DNA of 48,677 nt, from the NCBI GenBank assembly GCA_003344405.1, contig NOWV01000323.1, forward strand, positions 1 to 48,677. The letters run 5' to 3'. Of the stretch, positions 41,955 through 48,677 are shown piece after piece (position 1 is the stretch's first letter; each line of letters begins with the position of its first letter). The translations under genes and the position numbers were made by a program. The stretch is from Trichoplax sp. H2. Its lineage: Eukaryota. Under the pieces are notes generated by a model, which was given only the letters and a program-made list of their open reading frames with translations, was not told the DNA's origin and did no database searches.

Positions 41955-42221
41955 TGGCTATTGATGTTATAATGGCCACAGATGTGAATTAAAATGGTAC
42001 TGAGATGGTAAAAGTACAACACATGTAGCCAGCACGTTTTTTTTTCAAATAGTATCAATGAAAAAGGAATTGTCGGCATTGTCTCGTGCAATGGCGATGA
42101 AATAGGGATAATTTCAGTTTCTGGCGTAAAAGGACTGTCGATCTAAGTCAAGGGCGGTGAAAGTGGGACACTATTTGTGCAAAGAACGAGTTCCGATACA
42201 TTATTTTTTTATCCGTGTTTG

Positions 42222-42710
42222 TTTGGCTTATTTCAACTTATTTCAATAAACGACAATAGGTGTTCATTCTCCTATTTTCTGCAAGATTACGCTAGTGATG
42301 TGGCATCAAAGATGGTATATCTACGCATAAGATATAGGTGATTTGGCTTATTTCAATAAACGATAATAGGTCTTCCTTCTCCTATTTTCTACAAGATTAC
42401 GCTAGTGATGTGGCATCAAAGACGGTAAATCTACGCATAAGATATAGGTTGATTTGGCTTATTTCAACTTATTTCAATAAACGACAATAGGTGCTCCTTC
42501 TCCTATTTTCTGCAAGATTATGCTAGTGATGTGGCATCAAAGACGGTATATCTACGCATAAGATACAGGTTGATTGGCTTATTCTAGTTTATTTCAGTAG
42601 ACGATAACAGGCATATTCATTCTTGTCTTCTCTGTAAGCCTAATCTATACATTCTACTCGTATACCAGAATCGAAGATTTTCATTGATTTGGCTTACTCC
42701 GACTTATTTT
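42222..42710. repeat. Tandem repeat, ~111-120 bp unit, 3 well-conserved copies plus degenerate remnants
   Basis: Units start near 42222, 42342, 42453 and 42573: TTTGGCTTATTTCAA...CAAGATTAYGCTAGTGATGTGGCATCAAAGAYGGTAWATCTACGCATAAGATAYAGGT. Confidence 0.92.
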
Positions 42711-43301
42711 AAAATATGATAGGATAAATTGTTGTATTTTCTGTCATGCTATTCTGATAGCATGGAATGGAAGATTCGCTACCAATAGGGATAAGGATTC
42801 TCCATGGATATTCGCAAGCTAGCCAAAACTAAAAGAAAAGAGCTCACAAGTTGATTCCAATTCATGGCTAAAACTGATTTAATTCTAGCCTAAAGATTTT
42901 TCATTGTTCTATTGTGGTTAATCCTATGTAATTAAACATTGATTTATATCCTCTTACATGTTAGGTTTATTTATTTTATTATCACAATGCTACTGAATGA
43001 TTTCTTACCTCCATATTGTATTAAGCTTCAATGCTGACTATTCTTTCCATCCAGCTTAGGCTTTAATTCAAATGTAAATTATACTGTGCTATATTGTTTT
43101 GGCCAAGATAGCCTTACTCTAAACTAGTGGAGATGAGCGCTTTTCTTCACAAATTAATCGCCATGGCGATTTCGAAGACAATTACAGCCAAAACTATTTC
43201 ATCTATCCTCTAACGCTAGAAAAAGTATGGAATATATTCACTGCTACTACAACGACAGCAGAAATAGACAGGATTGGCGCACAATTAGGCCATACCCATA
43301 T

Positions 43302-43572
43302 GATGTCTGTAGAGCATTTAAGTGCAAGGGTAACGGAAGATAGAGTTTTCTTAGATTTATTGGCATATATTCCATGATTGAAATCATACTCGTAGAATGC
43401 CTGTAGAGCATTTTGAGCACTAGAATAACGGAAGACAGAGTTTTCTCAACCTTTTTTGGCATAAATTCCATGATTGAAACCATACTCATGTAATGTCCGT
43501 GGAGTATTTTGAGCACTAGAGTAACAGAAGTTAGAGTTTTCTCAATCTTTTTGGCATATATTCCATGATTAA
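43302..43572. repeat. Tandem repeat, ~94-96 bp unit, ~3 copies
   Basis: GAGYATTT...TAACRGAAG..AGAGTTTTCT...TTGGCATAWATTCCATGATT occurs three times. Confidence 0.88.
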
Positions 43573-44150
43573 AAGTTGAACGATAGAGACAATTGTCAAT
43601 CATCTCATTTATACTGTAAAGCATGCAAGATAGTCCATTAAATACTAATCCTTTGGCAGTATTTTTATTTCTACCAATTTTAAGACAGGATAAATATTAC
43701 CACTTTTAGTTTATTGCTAGTATTCCTATCATGTCAGAGACTCCTTTTATTAACGATAGACTATTCCACTTGTGATTCTTGCGTAGTTGTACTGTCTGCA
43801 TTCCCAAATAGAATTATTATATTATTGTTCTGCTTAAAAAAAGGCAAACGGCTAAGGGATGGGATAGATAAATAGTTTGGTGTTGACTTAGTCTATTTGT
43901 TTGAGTCTTAACGTGGATGAAAGAAATTGATGATGAGTAGCCATCTGAAAGTATTTTAATATTCAGTTAAATTGGATTCCAGTTGTTACAGTATGCTTAG
44001 AAGTCAGTTAGCGAGAACCGCATCAAATTACTCTACGAGTATACGTTCTAGATAGAATATTGAACTACTAAAGAGGAAATGGATTGACTGAAGTTAGCAG
44101 ATCTATATCGTATATGCAGTTTAATTTGAAATCGATGTCAACATTTGCTG

Positions 44151-44630
44151 GCGAAAACTGCATGAAGTTATACCGAACATTGGCTGGGCTATTGGACTTT
44201 CCGTTTTGAACATGAAATAGGATTTTTAATGGCATGAGTATTATCAAAGTCAGCAATGTCAATCCAGTTTAATCTTTTTAAGAGATGTGAACATCTACTA
44301 GCAAAAACTGCATCCAATTATACCGCACATTGGCTAGGCTATGAGAGTTCCCGTTTGTAACACGAAATGGATTTTTAACCACAGAATGGACAATTACTTT
44401 ATTGAACCAAGTATTCTATATCGCCTAGTACTTTCCTTATACTACTATTTTTAAACATAAAATTATTATAATATGCACTCTGTAACGAAATCACTCTGCC
44501 GTTAATTATACCGCACATGGATTGGGCTAGAAGAGTTTCCGCTTGTATTACAAAATCGGTTTTGAACCCTAGGATCTACCAATCACTTTATTAAAGTGAT
44601 CATTCTAAATCATCTGGTACATTCCTTCGT
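44151..44630. repeat. Degenerate direct repeats, 3 copies (~150-190 bp spacing)
   Basis: The core TTATACCGMACATKG.YTRGGCTA...TTYCCG.TT appears in copies starting near 44151, 44301 and 44490. Copies 2 and 3 also share a CAATYACTTTATT...ATTCTA...GTAC.TTCCTT tail. Confidence 0.75.
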
Positions 44631-45838
44631 ATTGACTCTTTCTATTTTCAAAATGTCAAACTACTGTACTGTGCTGCAATCATGATGCCCATGAAATGGT
44701 TCAGGTAAGAAGAGCTGCACAACTTTAAATGTGTCTTTGAGTTGGGGAGTATTATTGTAATCATATCGTTTACAAGATCTCAAAGTCTATTTCTGAAATC
44801 TATCCTATGACAATCTAAAAACGAATGCTACAGTGGAATAGTTGAACTTAATCTTGAATGATTTCAATATTAGCAATAAGTGTAGTTAAAGCACTGGTAT
44901 CATGCTATTGGACTACACTTGTCAACGATTCCATTCCAAGTCCATGTGCTGTAGGAAAGCAGAGTACTTGTAGGCTATCCAATCAAATAGTATAGAGTAA
45001 ACGATATTGGATAGGTCATATAGTAATCATTCTTCAAGGTTATTCTGTAAAGTATCGATAACATGATTGATTCATGGACAACCTTGTCTGCTTTTGGTCG
45101 AAGAGTATTTCTGTCGATAAATCAATGCGCATCTTTAGTACTACATTCAATTTATTATCAGGTTCTTACCGTACCGAAATATCCACTCAATATGAAATTG
45201 CATAGACGCATCAACAATTTTAGTTGAACTAATTATGAAATACTATTATTGCCATGTTGCAATCTATTGCAACAATATTAAAGGAAAAAAATAAATTGCG
45301 AAAACATGGTGCAAGTTCAATCCTGAAAATGCTCACTGAGCGATAATGTAGAAATGTTGAAAGTAAGTAGCGAAAGATGAGCCTCCACTCATACTCGTAG
45401 TTAAATTGACTTTACCAGCGTTCAAAAATTTACAGATGCATAGTTGGAAGTTTGTGTTCAGTAGTAGAACATGGCTATCAAGTTAGAACCGTATGATGAT
45501 CAATTCATAACAGCATTGCGCATTAATTAAAGTAGAGATATAAAAGGCAACATTTGCGAATACATTAAATGCAAGAAAACGCAAAGGGTGCATTCAAGAC
45601 AACTTATGAATTCAATAGTGATCCTATTCGGACTCAATATTATCCTAGGTAGGGCTATATTAAATAGTTCCAAGGCAGAGTAATAATTGTTCTTTTTTAT
45701 AATTTAACAAGTAAGTGAAAAACCAATCCAATTTTGACTTTAAAGCACACACAAGGAAAGTAAAATTAAAATCATTCTTTTTATACGTGGTCATCATGAT
45801 AATGGCATGAAGGTACAGTTACTAGCATTCCACCATGG

Positions 45839-47047
45839 TCAGTGTTGCGATATGATTAAGCTAGGATCTGCAGATCGAAAGACTGAGATTCCACTATTCA
45901 ACACCAACTCGAAGAATTTACTACCATCTCGGTTTAAACCTACCGATTGTAATACTGATCCTCTCAAGATTAATTTATAGTCATGGCGATAAAGACAGAC
46001 AATGGAGTAAAAGTTGTGCAACCACCTTCCTTCAGCAGAATTGCCAACAGCACGCAAATGTGCATGATTGTGTAATTTGTGCGGATGATTGCTAATAATA
46101 AATTCAGGATGTCGGAATGAATAAACCATGGGAAAATAGACGTACTTGTGTGGATAGGTGTTATGACGGCATCTGGTTAAAAAATCTTCTTTAAAGTTGA
46201 CATTGATATCATAGAATACCATCAAGGAATAGATATCTAATCGCTTGGTGGCATATTCTAATGCTTGCCAATATGGAGAATCAGTATTGGAGGAATTAGG
46301 TGGCATGGTTAATACTTGCATTGATGATCGAGGGTAATGAGTCTTGTAGATAGCAACCAAGTTGGTGATGGCGCTATTATCGACTCTTGCGTCCAACACG
46401 AGTAATAGCGTGACATCTTGTTTCGTTTTCAAGCAATAACGTTCGAATATCTCCATAAATTTGACAAATTGAGTAAAATTGGAATGGATTAATGGTGTAA
46501 TAATATGAATAGTAGCTGGTTCTAACGATTCGTTAATGGGGACAAGTTGTGGTATTTTCAATGGTTTAACTACAGTTAATCGTCGGCTATACTCAATCCC
46601 TTTCTCTTTATCGACTAAATTGACATCAAGAATATAATCGATACCACGTTGAGGATCGAATCGTCGGTAACCGTTAATTAATTTAACAAGTTGTAACTTT
46701 GAATTTTCTTCAGCATTCAATAATTCGACAGCATGTTGAAGAACTTGTTCAATGTCTTGCTTATATAATCCAACAAGATCCATTTTACGATCTTGGCTAT
46801 TCCATTCGACATGATCGATGCTACTCGGTTCAAAAATGTACCGTTCAGTAAAGTAGATCCATCGATTGACTTCATAGCGATTTTTAGCTGGAAAAGGATT
46901 AGCAATAATTTCATCCAAGACAAATTGACGATGGCTTCGACAAGGTAATGGATAGCATCTAGAACTAGTCCAGAAAGAAAGAGCTAAAGCACCTACAATA
47001 GCTCCAATAAGAAATTTAACAAGATCTGCTCGCTTGACAAGATTCAT
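45839..47047 (-). CDS. Chondroitin polymerizing factor (CHPF/CHPF2)-like protein, truncated architecture (402 aa, single ORF)
   Basis: An N-terminal signal anchor FLIGAIVGALALSFW is followed by CHPF-type motifs: RYEVNRWIYFTE, LINGYRRFDPQRGIDYILDV, RRLTVVKPL, DFLTRCRHNT..VYFPM, VFRSADPSL. Confidence 0.85.
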   Translation of the reverse strand: MNLVKRADLVKFLIGAIVGALALSFWTSSRCYPLPCRSHRQFVLDEIIANPFPAKNRYEVNRWIYFTERYIFEPSSIDHVEWNSQDRKMDLVGLYKQDIEQVLQHAVELLNAEENSKLQLVKLINGYRRFDPQRGIDYILDVNLVDKEKGIEYSRRLTVVKPLKIPQLVPINESLEPATIHIITPLIHSNFTQFVKFMEIFERYCLKTKQDVTLLLVLDARVDNSAITNLVAIYKTHYPRSSMQVLTMPPNSSNTDSPYWQALEYATKRLDIYSLMVFYDINVNFKEDFLTRCRHNTYPHKYVYFPMVYSFRHPEFIISNHPHKLHNHAHLRAVGNSAEGRWLHNFYSIVCLYRHDYKLILRGSVLQSVGLNRDGSKFFELVLNSGISVFRSADPSLIISQH

Positions 47048-48677
47048 GGGTAATTGATAGAATAGACGTTGATTTCTAGGATGAAGAAGATGTCATCAAC
47101 ATTGTTTGGCCTTGGGTAGTGATCCTGTTTCCATCATCACTTCCATTCCACTTGTATCGATTCATTTATTCTCCATGCTTGATCGTCTATAACATCATTG
47201 GCCTTCTATCGAAACTATCAACAAGGCAATAGGGTTCATCACGTCGTCGTCGGTACGCCAATAGGATTAAAAATGAGCTAATATGCAGGCAGAAGAAAGC
47301 AATTAGCTAAAGAATGTTGGCACGATAATGTCCTTTTCAAGTGGGTCTGTCAAGGGCCAATTCATCCAAATTTGAACGCGCTATCTTGGCTCGATGGATT
47401 CCACTTAGTATCGTCGTTGATCAATTCTCTGATGATGTTATTTCTTCCAGCTATCGAACTTTAGTCATGATCTACTTGAAACTACAACAGGATGGATAGC
47501 ATCCATTGCCAATCGAAAATTGATTTTGATGATGATGATGATAACGGGCTTGGATTGCACTCCCATTCTCCCAACAGGCAGTGGGTCCATCGTCTCTCGG
47601 TCCGTCGTCGGTAACGTCAACTGAGGCAGGCCGAGCAATGTCGTTTTCTTCCTGCAGTCGTCTAGGGTTGTGTATCATTTTGCACTTGGCGATACAGTCA
47701 ATGGTATAGTTGCCGACCGCTACTGGGAGATTCCACTGGAAGAAAGCGGGTGACACTACTGCAGGTCACACCGTCACCGTACTGTATCCTGCTTACACTC
47801 AGGCTGCTGAGTGTCAGTAGCTTACTTACAGTACTGTGTACTGTGATTTACAGTGTACAGTGTACAGTATGTTTACGTAACGTACTGTACACCAATGGCC
47901 AATGAAAGTGCAATGAAGGCTTTTGGACGGCCATTTTTGTATTCAAATCAACTTCATTTTTTGAATATGTAGAATTCAATTGGAGTGGCTTGAGCATGGC
48001 TAAAATTCCTTCAATTGCATTCAAAAAATAGAGAAAAATCTCAAATTTCTACAGTTTAACATTTTATTTCTAATTCAACATTATTAACGTAATTGAAAAT
48101 TTTTAAAAATACAACATGCGAATGACCATTAGAAATGGAGCGAAAAAAAATGGCGCAAGTGGAAAAAAATGATTAGTCGACTTAAGAGGGTGTTGCTACT
48201 AATTGGAAAACTTGTAACAACTAAATAGCCCGCGCTATAGCCTGTTAAATATCTTCATATGTCATATCAACAGGATCATAAAGCTTACAAATTTGGATCA
48301 CCTTTCTATGGATACGAAATAAGAGGTGCTATATTTTTAGGTTTAAACAGCTTGCAGACTAGCATTTTGCATGTTCAATTTTATTTATTGCACTTTCATT
48401 GGCTATGACTTTGCTGTACATATAAACCGACTTTCAGCTGATTGATTGATAGAAAATGTCGACCGGCTAATATGGAAGATTTTGTGAAAACGAAATGTAT
48501 AAAAATTATTTGATCTTAGAACAGATTTTATACCAGTCGATACAACTCAACCCGATAGCGAGTTAAGTTGAAGAAGAATCGAGTTGGTTTGGGTCGAGCA
48601 AGTGGCCGAAAAATCTTTTTGGTTTAGGGTTGAGTTGAGTTTCAAGGAAATATTGCCTTCGGGTTCGGGTAGGATCA

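Noticed and set aside
42222..42710. CRISPR-like array
   Set aside because: Whole units are repeated without unique spacers, and the context is eukaryotic.
43247..43624. 125-aa ORF with a 32-aa internal repeat
   Set aside because: It is a by-product of the ~96-bp tandem repeat. Indels shift the frame between copies and I recognise no protein family.
47472..47756. 94-aa minus-strand ORF upstream of the CHPF-like gene
   Set aside because: It has a non-ATG start and no similarity to the missing GT31 domain or any family I recognise. It is probably UTR or promoter sequence.

Overview
This is AT-rich, intron-dense animal genomic DNA. The short GT-AG introns and compact gene spacing resemble a basal metazoan such as a placozoan, but that is inference. 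Manual splicing gives seven protein-coding genes: 26S proteasome ATPase PSMC5/Rpt6 (+, 14 exons); enkurin (-, 6 coding exons); a compact shugoshin missed by the ORF track (-, 7-8 small exons); two tandem, divergent TRPM-like channels with identical 18-exon architecture and no C-terminal Nudix or kinase domain (+); a PDIA4/ERp72-like isomerase with non-canonical active sites (-); and a single-ORF 'half' chondroitin polymerizing factor (-). The most unusual non-coding signal is a ~0.5 kb run of consecutive stem-loops at 10770-11310. Its non-Watson-Crick pairs read as G-U on the + strand, suggesting an unidentified structured RNA. Other highlights are a duplication-born candidate 15-nt microexon in the second TRPM gene and promoter motifs that fit their genes (ARE at PSMC5, RFX X-boxes at enkurin, near-ERSE at PDIA4). 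Several tandem repeats are also present. Exon coordinates and lengths were derived by hand and may be off by a few bases.
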